This document shows, piece by piece, positions 9,583 to 20,000 of a DNA stretch of 29,591 nucleotides (its first letter is position 1; every line of letters begins with the position of its first letter). The translations under genes and the position numbers were made by a program. The notes under the pieces are model-generated. The model ran no database searches. It was not told the origin of the DNA and worked only from the letters and a program-made list of their open reading frames with translations. This DNA comes from an uncultured bacterium (GTDB lineage Bacteria > Zixibacteria > MSB-5A5 > JAABVY01 > JAHJOQ01): the NCBI GenBank assembly GCA_965369655.1, contig CBDUQR010000035.1, positions 1 through 29,591 of the forward strand, given 5' to 3'.

Positions 9583-9700
9583 AGGTGTGGCATGTTGGCA
9601 GCCGACCAAGCGAAAAGCAACCACCCAAAAGCAAAGAAATCTGGATCGAATCGAAACTGGCGGTACAGCCGCAGGAGTGAAATCTCTTATTGCTGAGTGC

Positions 9701-12700
9701 TCATCTTTTCTCGAATGTGACAGTGATTGATGGTGGACATTCGATGTTGTCCCAGTCGGTGTCAATGTATTGCCACTCATCCCAATACCAGCCTCCGGCA
9801 ACCCATCTTCCGAACATGTCTATGTACGTTATATGTTCTTCTACAACCGGACCATCGACCCGAAATGTAATAATGAAATCCTCTTCGTTGATCTCATGTA
9901 ATTCAATATTCTCTGCAGAGACGGTAGATAGTTCTTCCCATTTGTCTTCGGAGGGTCCAGGTTGAGGAAAAACATCTACTTGGTAATAATAACAGTACAA
10001 ACTATCTATCATGCTTCCGTCGGGCGAAATCAATCCCTTACACACAAACCCGGAAAAAGGATTGCTGGTTATAAATTGATAACCTCCTGAAAGAGAATCT
10101 ATAGACCATTGTACATTACCACGTTTCCAGGTGACGCTGTCGCACTCGGTCTCGGCCGCAAATATCATCTGACCTCCATAGACTACTTCTACATAGTTCA
10201 TCAGAGCCAATAATTCGAAAATTTCCGGATCCTCTCTTACAAGGATATGTTCCTCATTGCTTTGTTTCCCACGTGTAGTAAGATATACAGAGGCGCCAGA
10301 GGCATTTGATGGTATAATAGCTGTTGTTACACTATCAGACCAGGAGAGTATCTCCGATTCAATATCATCGATAATTATGCGACTACTTTCAGGATCATAG
10401 TCACGGAACCCGGTACCACTAATAGTCACAGTATCACCGGGTACACACCAAAAAGGGTAGACTTCGTCTAAATGAAAAACGTCAATTGGCAAACTATTTG
10501 TTCGATTCGGCCCGTAGATGATTTTTATATATCCTGATCTAGCGTTTTCAGGCACTGTAGCAATTACCATAGTGTCTGAAAAGTAATCCGCCATCACTTT
10601 TATGCCCCCAATACTCACATTTCTGTTTTGACCACCAAGATGTCTACCTCTAATTGTGATCTCATCTCCATAAGCAACCCACTCAGGTGTAACCTGCTCA
10701 ATGTACATTACCCAAAATGGCATTGACAGGGCTTCGACTCCATTAAAAATCAGCCTCATATTCCCTTCAAGAACTTCAACAGGAAGCTCTGTCACTATCT
10801 TCCGACGATCCCAATCGTTGATCGTACCGACCACATCCTCAAACAGAACCATATTGTCGCCCTGACTCTCACCGAATCCCCCCCCTCTGATCTCAATCCA
10901 GTATCCAGGAGTACCCCATGGATTAGTCACACTACGTATACCAAAGATTTCAAAGAAACCAGCGTTTACGGCTCTATCTCCTATTCTCACTATTAGATCA
11001 CCAGGTATGGCAGTACCAGGAACTGTGGCTTCCAGTAATGTATCCGACCAGTAAACTATGTCTCCATCGATCCAACGTAGACAAGGATGATCGAATGTGA
11101 CAGCACCTGGCACAGCAACGTCGCCAAAACCACTCCCTCTGATTGCAATAGTATCACCACAACAACCTGAATCCGGGACAACCTCAGTTATCTGTAATGG
11201 ACCAAATGTTATGAAACCAGTTACACTTTGGACTATGCCATTGACTTCTATTGATATTGTGTCAGAAGATACGTTCTCTGGAATGATACATTTTATCAGA
11301 GTTGGTCCCCAAGACGAAATTTGCATAGGCTGAGATCCAATGCGGACCTGACTGCCAAATTGATTACTCCCAAATCCATACCCAACAATATTGATTAAAT
11401 CACCAGGCTCTCCAATCATAGGGGAAATTCTTTTGAGATAGTAGACATCAAAAACTTTCTCATTACTAAAGATATCTCCTTTTTTAATAAAGACATGACC
11501 TGTTATTGCATTTGATGGAACCTCGAATACAATTAGGGTATCGAACCAACTAATAATATTTATAACTTCAAAAGATCCAAACCTGAGTATGCTCGATCCT
11601 CGTGTTGTTCCAAAAAAGATACCGTGTAGTTCAACTTCAGTACCTCTGGGTCCCCATTCGGGGATCATCTGTATGATATTTGGCTCTCCAGTGCCAACCA
11701 CGAAATAGTAAGGATCACTTGCTGTGTTATTTACTGTCACAACAATCGGACCCGATGAGATTCCATCAGGTATCACTATCTCGATGCGATTGTTGTTCCA
11801 CGCAACCACCTCGGCAGAAACATTGTCCGCAGTTACGGTGCTTGCACTCTGTGTGCCACCGAATCCTTCTCCAAGGATCGCAATAGTATCTCCGATCTCA
11901 GCATAACCCGGCACGAGTTCCTGAACTCTGAATATTACAAAGTGAATGCCGTTGCTTGTTGAATCATCTACGGTGATGGTCACGTCACCCGACGTCGCAT
12001 CTTCCGGGACTTGTGTTCTAATCAGTGTATCAGACCAATAAGAAACATCAGCTTCAACCTCTCCAAACTTGAGGGTACTCAATCCTTGCAGATCACGAAA
12101 CCAAATACCTGAGATATCAACACTAGTAGCCCATGGTCCCCAAGTTGGGTTTATACTGGCAATCTCAGGGGCTTCACAATAGGATAACAATGATGCAGGA
12201 TTGCTTTCGACTTCATGTACTGTGACGAGTACTGTCCCAGATGCTTCCTCAAGAGGATTTTCTATATCTATCCGATTATTACTCCAGGACACAATCTCAG
12301 CAGACAAGCCACCAACAGTTACCATTCCATCCAATTGTGACGAGCCAAATCCCTCTCCGATAATGCTAACTGTCTCACCTGTAATTGCACATGTTGGATC
12401 TATACCATGTAACCTAAAAACCTCGAAGTGAATACCTTCAGATGTTTGCCCTGCAATGGTAACTGTTACATTTCCTGATGATGCACCTTCTGGAACTTCA
12501 GTTCTAATTAGGGTATCTGACCATTGGATTATTGGAGCTTGTATCTCACCGAGCAATATAATGCTCGACCCAGGCGTATAGCCTAACCGTTGTCCTGAAA
12601 TACTGACACCAGTTCCCCACGGTCCCCAATCAGGCTCGATCCCTGAGACATATGCAAGACCTGTGATTGCAAGATGCTGCCATGAACTGACATGACCACT

Positions 12701-13252
12701 AGCAGTTAACATGACTTCACCAGACTCGGACCCTTCAGGGATAATTGCGATTATCAGCGTGTAGTACCACGACACAACATGGGCATTCATTCCACCGATC
12801 ATCACCGTATTCGAATTCTGGCTTCCTCCGAATCCAAGGCCGTGGATTCGGATCGTATCACCAACAAAGGCATATTCAGGCTCGACTGATGTTATGCCGA
12901 ACACAGAGAATGGCATAGCATTGCTTGTGTCCTCGTCAGCGACAACAGTCACATGGGTCACCCCGAGATTGTTCGGTATATCAGTTTCGATCAGTGTGTC
13001 AGACCACGAGATGACATCCACAGTGTCGGGCCAGATGATCGCATGCCGTGTCGAGTCCTGAGTGTTGCCGAATCTCGACCCGTAGATCGTGAGTTGCTCA
13101 TCAGGCCATGCGTATGGTCCGCTGAGACTGTCGATCTGCGGTGCATTCGATGATGCAGGCGGCGGTTCAGGATCAGAAGACTTCTTCGAGCAATAGATAC
13201 CAATCAGACAAGTTAATGCGACAAGCCCTGAAAATACGTACAACTTCTTCAT
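9701..13252 (-). CDS. Surface (probable lipo)protein with about 12 tandem IPT/TIG domains and a unique C-terminal domain
   Basis: N-terminus MKKLYVFSGLVALTCLIGIYC-SKKSSDPEPPP; repeated I..v.P..g..GD.i.I.G.gFG...WSDT.I...vP.....G.v.v.v....SN units. Confidence 0.88.
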   Translation of the reverse strand: MKKLYVFSGLVALTCLIGIYCSKKSSDPEPPPASSNAPQIDSLSGPYAWPDEQLTIYGSRFGNTQDSTRHAIIWPDTVDVISWSDTLIETDIPNNLGVTHVTVVADEDTSNAMPFSVFGITSVEPEYAFVGDTIRIHGLGFGGSQNSNTVMIGGMNAHVVSWYYTLIIAIIPEGSESGEVMLTASGHVSSWQHLAITGLAYVSGIEPDWGPWGTGVSISGQRLGYTPGSSIILLGEIQAPIIQWSDTLIRTEVPEGASSGNVTVTIAGQTSEGIHFEVFRLHGIDPTCAITGETVSIIGEGFGSSQLDGMVTVGGLSAEIVSWSNNRIDIENPLEEASGTVLVTVHEVESNPASLLSYCEAPEIASINPTWGPWATSVDISGIWFRDLQGLSTLKFGEVEADVSYWSDTLIRTQVPEDATSGDVTITVDDSTSNGIHFVIFRVQELVPGYAEIGDTIAILGEGFGGTQSASTVTADNVSAEVVAWNNNRIEIVIPDGISSGPIVVTVNNTASDPYYFVVGTGEPNIIQMIPEWGPRGTEVELHGIFFGTTRGSSILRFGSFEVINIISWFDTLIVFEVPSNAITGHVFIKKGDIFSNEKVFDVYYLKRISPMIGEPGDLINIVGYGFGSNQFGSQVRIGSQPMQISSWGPTLIKCIIPENVSSDTISIEVNGIVQSVTGFITFGPLQITEVVPDSGCCGDTIAIRGSGFGDVAVPGAVTFDHPCLRWIDGDIVYWSDTLLEATVPGTAIPGDLIVRIGDRAVNAGFFEIFGIRSVTNPWGTPGYWIEIRGGGFGESQGDNMVLFEDVVGTINDWDRRKIVTELPVEVLEGNMRLIFNGVEALSMPFWVMYIEQVTPEWVAYGDEITIRGRHLGGQNRNVSIGGIKVMADYFSDTMVIATVPENARSGYIKIIYGPNRTNSLPIDVFHLDEVYPFWCVPGDTVTISGTGFRDYDPESSRIIIDDIESEILSWSDSVTTAIIPSNASGASVYLTTRGKQSNEEHILVREDPEIFELLALMNYVEVVYGGQMIFAAETECDSVTWKRGNVQWSIDSLSGGYQFITSNPFSGFVCKGLISPDGSMIDSLYCYYYQVDVFPQPGPSEDKWEELSTVSAENIELHEINEEDFIITFRVDGPVVEEHITYIDMFGRWVAGGWYWDEWQYIDTDWDNIECPPSITVTFEKR

Positions 13253-13525
13253 CGCTCACCTCGAAGGTTGCGTGTTACAGATTCGATCCAAGCTGACCGG
13301 CGGTGTGATGCTTTGTACTACTTAAAAAATACATCATTATCCAATTTTGGCAAGGCCAAAACTGATATTGGCGTTGCATTTCTTCACCTCATGCCTTGGT
13401 ATGGTTGGCGCGCTCAAGCTATGCCTGGGCTTGGATAGCTCAACCGCTGGGGTGAGGTCTCAGCATTTCTCGTCAGGGCGCGTATTCCACCGTGCAAAGT
13501 TTCTTGTCGAAATTAGTATAAGCTC

Positions 13526-13553
13526 TTGACAAATATGAGGTTGTTTGTACATT
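13526..13553 (+). promoter_or_regulatory. Putative sigma70 promoter for the C25 protease gene
   Basis: TTGACA-N16-TACATT about 50 bp upstream of the ATG at 13606. Confidence 0.6.
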
Positions 13554-13605
13554 AATCAGTACGTATTCTGCATATAGTACTAACGATACACCGAAAGGTC
13601 CAAAG

Positions 13606-16557
13606 ATGATGAAGCACTACGTTCTTGCAGGTTTTCTTGCCGCCATGTTGATGCTACTGGGCAGCACTGCGAGTGCTGATCCTCGCGGCGATAGTGAGGC
13701 ATCGCAGTATGAAACCGTTACTGTGACCATCCCAATCGGAGCATACGAAATTAACAGAGTCGATGACGGGTATGACATCTCTGTCGAAGGTTTCGGACGA
13801 TTGCTCGTCCCAGGTAAACCGAATCTTCCCTCCAGGATTTTCTCAATAGCGATACCACCCGGAGCAACAATGGTTGGACTGAACTTCGAGACTGGAGATG
13901 GGGTGTCTCTGGCAGGGTTCTACGATGTACGTCCGGTAGTGCTTCCGCGAGTGATAGGTTCCGAAGACCCTCTTCTGTACCAGAGAGACAGGGAAACGTA
14001 CGAGAGAAACTACGAATCGGTCTACGAAAGCGATGATATGTATCCGCAGGAAGCAGTGGAGTTTGTCGGTGCTTCAGGTTACAGGCAGTATAACATGGTA
14101 GATGTGAGGATTTCCCCATTCGCATATCGACCTCAATCCGGACAGCTTATATACTATCCAGAAATCTCTGTCGATGTGACTTATACAATCCCCGATAAAT
14201 CTTCTTACAACGACGCTTCGGCCTTCAGCCAGGGACGGACTGAGAGGATAGCAGAAAACATTATTGTCAACTATGATCAGGCAGGCAATTGGTACCCGAG
14301 GTCAACCATCGATAGGGGTCTTCACGATTATGTAATCATCACTCTCGAGTCATTGGTTGCTTCGGTCGCTCCTCTTGTCGCTTGGGAGACGACAAAGGGA
14401 AGAACGGTTGAAATTGTGACTACCTCGTGGATAAGTTCCAATTACAGCGGTTATGATCTTGCCGAGCAAATGCGGAACTTCCTGCGAGACAAGTATCCAA
14501 CCGACGAGTGGGGTATCCAGGATGTTTTGCTGGTTGGTCATTATGACGATGTGCCTATGCGGCGATGCGCTCAGGATCTCGGATACGGCAGGCCGGAAAC
14601 CGACTTCTACTATGCAGAGCTTTCTTTACCGGACAGCATGTCGTGGGACTCCGACCAGGACCGTAACTGGGGTGAAAACTCAGACTACATAGATTTCGCT
14701 GCGGAAGTGCAGGTCGGACGCATTCCCTGGAGCGATCCATCAACAGTTCTCAGCATCTGTGAGAAGTCAGTTGCCTATGAACAGAACAACAATCCGGCAT
14801 TCAAGAAAAACATACTTCTTCTGGGGGCTTATTTCTGGAACGATGATCCAAATCCAGAAACTGATAATGCTGTTTTGATGGAAGCGAAAGTTGATCAGCC
14901 ATGGATGTCCGACTGGACATTGACAAGGATGTATGAACAGAATGAAGACTGTTGGTCTAATTATCCGTGTGATTTTCCGCTTCTTAACAGCAACGTGATG
15001 TCGGCATGGACGACAGGTCAATACGCATTTGTCAACTGGGCTGGACACGGTTCGCCCACGTCAACTCATGTTTACGGTCTTGGTGCTCCTGCGTTTATTT
15101 CATCGAGCGACTGTAGTCAGCTCAACGACAATTACCCCGCTATAATCTTTGCTGATGCGTGTAGTAACTCCGACACTGATTATCTTAATATCGGCCAGGC
15201 CATGATTAGGCAAGGTGCGATCGCGTTCGTGGGGGCTACCAAGGTTGCGTACGGCTGTCCCGGATGGACGAATCCCAACGACGGATCGAGTCAGAGTTTG
15301 GACTACTTCTTTACCACATGCGTTACCTCGGGAGACTATACCGTAGGTGAGGCGCATCAATGGGCGCTCAGAGAGATGTACACTCGAGGACTGTGGAGCG
15401 ACTTTCGTTATGAAACTTTCGAGTGGGGTGCCCTCTGGGGTAATCCGAATCTTGGAATGGGTTTTTCGGGAATGACAATCTCGCTTCCGGAGGGGACTCC
15501 CGAGCAGGTCCTGCCGGGAAGCTCTATTACAATTCTCGTTCAGATTTCGAGCGGGCTTGATGTGTATGTTTCCGGCTCTGGCATGGTCCATTATCGCTAT
15601 GATGGTGGCGAGTATCAAACTCTGCCTCTTTCAGAGCTGGGCAACGATCTTTTTGAGGCTGTGCTGCCTCCGCCCATGTGCGGTGACACACCGCAATTCT
15701 ATTTCAGCGCCGAAGCCGAATCAGCTGGGACGATCTTTGAACCGGCGAATGCCCCGGTAACGACTTACTCCGCGGTAGTTGGAGAACTAATTGCTCTTTT
15801 CTATGATGACTTCGAAAGTGACCAGGGTTGGACTGTCGAGAATGATCCGGGCCTGACTGACGGAGCATGGGAACGTGGAGTTCCGGTCGGCGGCGGAGAG
15901 CGCGGTGATCCGCCGACGGATTATGATGGCTCCGGTGCCTGCTATCTTACCGACAATGAAGCGGGTGATTCGGACGTTGACGGTGGGGCGACTACACTGA
16001 TTTCTCCGATTCTCGATCTCGCTGGTCAGTTGGTGCAAGTCAGGTACGCTCGCTGGTACTCGAACAACTACGGAGGTTCCCCTAATGCGGACGTAATGGA
16101 GGTGAGAATATCGAGCAACGGAGGAACCGATTGGTTACCGGTTGAGACTGTCGGCCCGGTTGCACAGGCCGGAGGCGGGTGGTTCGAATACAGCTTCTTG
16201 GTAAATGATTTGATAGAACCGAGCAGTCAGGTCAGGTTTCTCTTCGAAGTTTCGGACGTCGGTGAGGGTTCTGTAGTAGAGGCTGGTCTTGATGATTTTA
16301 CTGTGAACATCCTGCAATGTCAGGAACCGTACCTTTGCGGCGATGCCGATGGCAGCGACGAAGTTGATATCGACGATGTCGTTTACCTGATCCAGTATAT
16401 CTTTGCGCAAGGCCCCGCACCCGAGCCATTAGAATCCGGTGATGCTGACTGTTCCGGAGAAGTAGATATTGACGATGTGGTGTATCTGATTACGTACATT
16501 TTCTCAAGCGGTCCAGCACCATGCGATCCGGATGGTGATGAAATACCGGATTGCTGA
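13606..16557 (+). CDS. Gingipain-like C25 cysteine peptidase with propeptide, jelly-roll/adhesin-like domain and C-terminal dockerin
   Basis: Signal peptide; propeptide PGKPNLP..IAIP, ISPFAY.P; DYVIIT, VLLVG, TDFYY, VGRIP; catalytic His in WAGHGS and Cys in IFADAC; LWGNP; FYDDFESDQGW..TTLISP..GLDDF; duplicated dockerin YLCGDADGSDEVDIDDVVYLI. Confidence 0.9.
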   Translation: MMKHYVLAGFLAAMLMLLGSTASADPRGDSEASQYETVTVTIPIGAYEINRVDDGYDISVEGFGRLLVPGKPNLPSRIFSIAIPPGATMVGLNFETGDGVSLAGFYDVRPVVLPRVIGSEDPLLYQRDRETYERNYESVYESDDMYPQEAVEFVGASGYRQYNMVDVRISPFAYRPQSGQLIYYPEISVDVTYTIPDKSSYNDASAFSQGRTERIAENIIVNYDQAGNWYPRSTIDRGLHDYVIITLESLVASVAPLVAWETTKGRTVEIVTTSWISSNYSGYDLAEQMRNFLRDKYPTDEWGIQDVLLVGHYDDVPMRRCAQDLGYGRPETDFYYAELSLPDSMSWDSDQDRNWGENSDYIDFAAEVQVGRIPWSDPSTVLSICEKSVAYEQNNNPAFKKNILLLGAYFWNDDPNPETDNAVLMEAKVDQPWMSDWTLTRMYEQNEDCWSNYPCDFPLLNSNVMSAWTTGQYAFVNWAGHGSPTSTHVYGLGAPAFISSSDCSQLNDNYPAIIFADACSNSDTDYLNIGQAMIRQGAIAFVGATKVAYGCPGWTNPNDGSSQSLDYFFTTCVTSGDYTVGEAHQWALREMYTRGLWSDFRYETFEWGALWGNPNLGMGFSGMTISLPEGTPEQVLPGSSITILVQISSGLDVYVSGSGMVHYRYDGGEYQTLPLSELGNDLFEAVLPPPMCGDTPQFYFSAEAESAGTIFEPANAPVTTYSAVVGELIALFYDDFESDQGWTVENDPGLTDGAWERGVPVGGGERGDPPTDYDGSGACYLTDNEAGDSDVDGGATTLISPILDLAGQLVQVRYARWYSNNYGGSPNADVMEVRISSNGGTDWLPVETVGPVAQAGGGWFEYSFLVNDLIEPSSQVRFLFEVSDVGEGSVVEAGLDDFTVNILQCQEPYLCGDADGSDEVDIDDVVYLIQYIFAQGPAPEPLESGDADCSGEVDIDDVVYLITYIFSSGPAPCDPDGDEIPDC

Positions 16558-16583
16558 GGATTTGAGAAGGGTCCCCGGCCTAC
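16553..16583 (-). repeat. Degenerate GTAG-led REP-like hairpin overlapping the C25 stop codon
   Basis: Minus strand GTAG-GCCGGGGACCC-TTCTC-AAATCCTCAGC; imperfect palindrome. Confidence 0.4.
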
Positions 16584-16797
16584 AACATCGCCTCATTCCG
16601 AAAGCCAGGCGCTCAGCCAATACCTGATTTGTAAGACGAGTGCGATCGGTGCTTGACTTCCTGAAATGTTTCGGGCAAATTACTGTCTGAAGGCACCGGT
16701 AATTCAGTGGTAGAATGCCGGTGTAAGCCATCCGCTAATGAATAGTGCTATATCCGGTCCTTGCCAACTCGCCTAATCCACGAACCGTAGATTTCAC

Positions 16798-16825
16798 TTG
16801 CTTTTCAATGGCAGTGAGCTATATT
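16798..16825 (+). promoter_or_regulatory. Putative sigma70 promoter for the 1380-aa gene
   Basis: TTGCTT-N16-TATATT in an AT-rich patch. Confidence 0.4.
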
Positions 16826-17059
16826 TAATTTCGTATTAACAGTTTAATTAACGCACTGCTCACATCGAGAGACATCGGACGCCATCAGCGCGGGAGGAAG
16901 GAATGAGTCAGGAATCAAGTGTTTTCTGCCTCGGTATTGGCTTACGCCTGATTCCTATCGTACGGCGACATGACGCTGCGGCAGATATGGCAGCGAATGG
17001 CATCCTCCCAAAAGTTCCGAGATATGTCACACCTGAATCCATGAATTGGAGGTTGCATC

Positions 17060-20000
17060 ATGCATCATCGAGTAGCATTGATTCTTGCCATTGCATTCTT
17101 GGCTATGACATGCATTCATCCCGAAGGAGTCTTCGGTCAGTCTTCCAAAACCGGTTACGGTGATTTTTGTGTCCATCTCAATGGTGGAACAGATGTCGCC
17201 CACGCCGGCGCGATGAACACGCTTGAGATATATATTGCCAATGATGCTGTGCTGGAGGGCATGACACCCGCCATCGAAATTAACTTTTACTGTTCGTTTT
17301 CCTGGGATATGGGTTATGGCAGCCATCCGCCGGTTAATGAAGAAGGCCGTGCTGTAGGCGCCTGGGACAACTACACCGGCCTGATGATCGTCCAGGATTT
17401 CGATGACTTGAGTCCGGAACACATTGTGTTTGGAGGGGCAGCTATGCCGGGAGGCGGCCTTCCGGATGGCCCAAGTGATATCTGCTATTCGCTGCAGTTC
17501 TATATCCCAGACACTGAGGGTCCTAATCCGTCCGGTATCTGCGTACAACCTTACTTCTATCCCCCTGCCCACACATGGACTTTCGCTGATGCCGGCGGCG
17601 GCTATCCTCCCGATTTCTGTGGTCAACCGGTCGCAAACCCATCCGATCCGGTGGCAAACCCAATCTGTTTTGAAATTATAAACCAACCTCCGGAGATTAT
17701 CAATTGCCCCACGGGCACTCTATACAGTAACTACTGTGATGTGGCCATCTACGATTTTGAGGCAGATGATCCTGAAGGTGACCCATACTTGTTTGAATTG
17801 GTCTCGGGACCCGGTACGATAGACCAGGTTAGCGGCGTCTGGACCTTCGCTCCGGATGTGGGCGATCTCGGTGGCTACACATGCGAAGTTAGGGCCTGCG
17901 ATGCATACGACTGCGGGCCGATCTGTACCTTCACAATCGTGATAATAAATGAAACACCCGTGTTCACTGGTGGCTGCGGAGTTGTCCTCTACGCTCAACC
18001 GGGTCAGACAGTTTTCAATCAACTCACAGCCGATCAGCCCGATTGTGGTCCTCTTGTTTTTTCCCTTACGGCAGCAGATCCGCCTCCCTCCGGTCCTGTC
18101 ACCATTCTTCCTGCCACTGGTATGTTTACCTTTGTGCCGGAGATTGCCGACACGGGGACCACCGTGTTCACTGTTCGTGTTGACGACGAGGCTGGGGATT
18201 ATGATGAATGTTCGTTTGAAGTAATTGTAATCAGCGGCGCGGTTGCCATCAATGAAGTACGATCATTTGACATGAGCGGTCCAGCGGGTGAGCGATTTGA
18301 TGCCTTCATAGAACTTTACAATGCGGATAATACCACGATATCACTCGGAGATTATACCATCGTTGCCCAGGACGGATCGACTCTTGCGAGTCTCCCATCG
18401 TGGAGTATGCCTGCTGGTGCGTATGTCAGCGTGACCCTGGGATCGGGCACTGATGACTCGGATTTCAGCGATGGAGTCGGAAGTTATTTCACGCAGGGCG
18501 ACAGCATAGGTGTACTTGATGAGAGTATAGATGAAGTCGGCTTGTACCGACTTGGCACGATTGTCGACTTCGTTGGCTGGTCGAACACAGGTTCACCATC
18601 GGGCGGCGCGCCGTACAGTGACGCTCTGTCGAATGCTATCTGGACGGCGGGAGACTATGTCGATGTAACCAACATCGAGCGATTCAGTACGATCGGACTC
18701 TGTCCGAGCGGAATAGACAATGACATGCCATCGGATTGGCGTTTCTTCGATTTCACATATTTCACAACGGGATTACCGAGACCGGCCAATCCGATTCAGA
18801 GATACCCGTCGCACGGTTCCAGTATCACCGCAAGCGAAAACCTCTATTGGGCGTCAGTGAGTCACGCGGTCGAATACTTAATCGAGATCGATGATGATTC
18901 GACTTTCGGATCACCCGAGCTAGCTGTCTCAGTTGCCGATACGTTCATTGTCGTCCCGGCACTGACCGAAGGCTTCTACTACTGGCGAGTGAGGGTCGAT
19001 GACGGTTCCGGCCTGATCGACATATACGATGTCTGGGAATTCTATTTCGATTCGGGGCTGAAAGCCCCAGCCGATATACTCCTCGACGTTCCGCAGGTCC
19101 TGCAGCACAAGGATACAAAGCTGTTGTGCATCACGCACGATTTTGGCGTCAATCCAACGTGTGTCCGCCCCGGCTGCGACGAACTTGCCACAGAAACTCA
19201 TGGCCCGTGGGATGGTGCGCACGCTGCAACGCACGCACATATAACCAGGTGCGATCACTGCGGCAATTACTGCGGACGAGCATCGATTCAGATGATCAAC
19301 TTCTTCTACAGTTCCGTTGACAACCTGACTCAGGACCATATTTCATACGAACTGAACCAGGCGAACGTGCATCCGGGAAATCCAGAAGGCGATCTTGGTC
19401 ATAAACGGTATGCCTGGATCAAGCCGAACGAGGTAGGTCCGGCGCTGTCCTGGGCGCTCAATGGTCACGGTACTACGGCGGTCATTGGAATTTTGGCATG
19501 GGCTACCATTACTGCCGAGTGCAACGCCGGTCACCCGATCATGATCCTGACCCCCGGTCACTGGATGGTACTCGATGGTTACAGGACGAGATTCGGCAGG
19601 CAGCAGGTACATATCGTCGATCCATGGCCTGCCGCCGGTGGTGGAGGTGGTGCTCAAACCGGATGGATCAATCTCGCCAACATAACTTTCATCGGCTACT
19701 ATACGCTTGCAGCGGGAACGCCGGGCGCAAGAGCGGAAATCAGCCAGGTGTTGACCGATGCCGATGACGACAAAATTCGCGATTTCGACGAAGGGCTGCC
19801 CGGATACCCAAATACAAGACCAAGACGATTTCACGCCAAATTCAACGAAGCTGATTCCGACAGCGATGAGGTGGGTGACAAAGAAGAAATCAAGAATTAC
19901 ACGTTCCACGATCAGCCGGGCTATCATCCCGGCCATGAGAACGATGCACTGACCTTCCCCGACATCGACGGCGACGGTCTTCGCGCCGAGCATGACTGCG

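Noticed and set aside
16670-16710. c-di-GMP riboswitch-like GGCAAA plus stem
   Set aside because: Lacks the GNRA loop and second-stem consensus.
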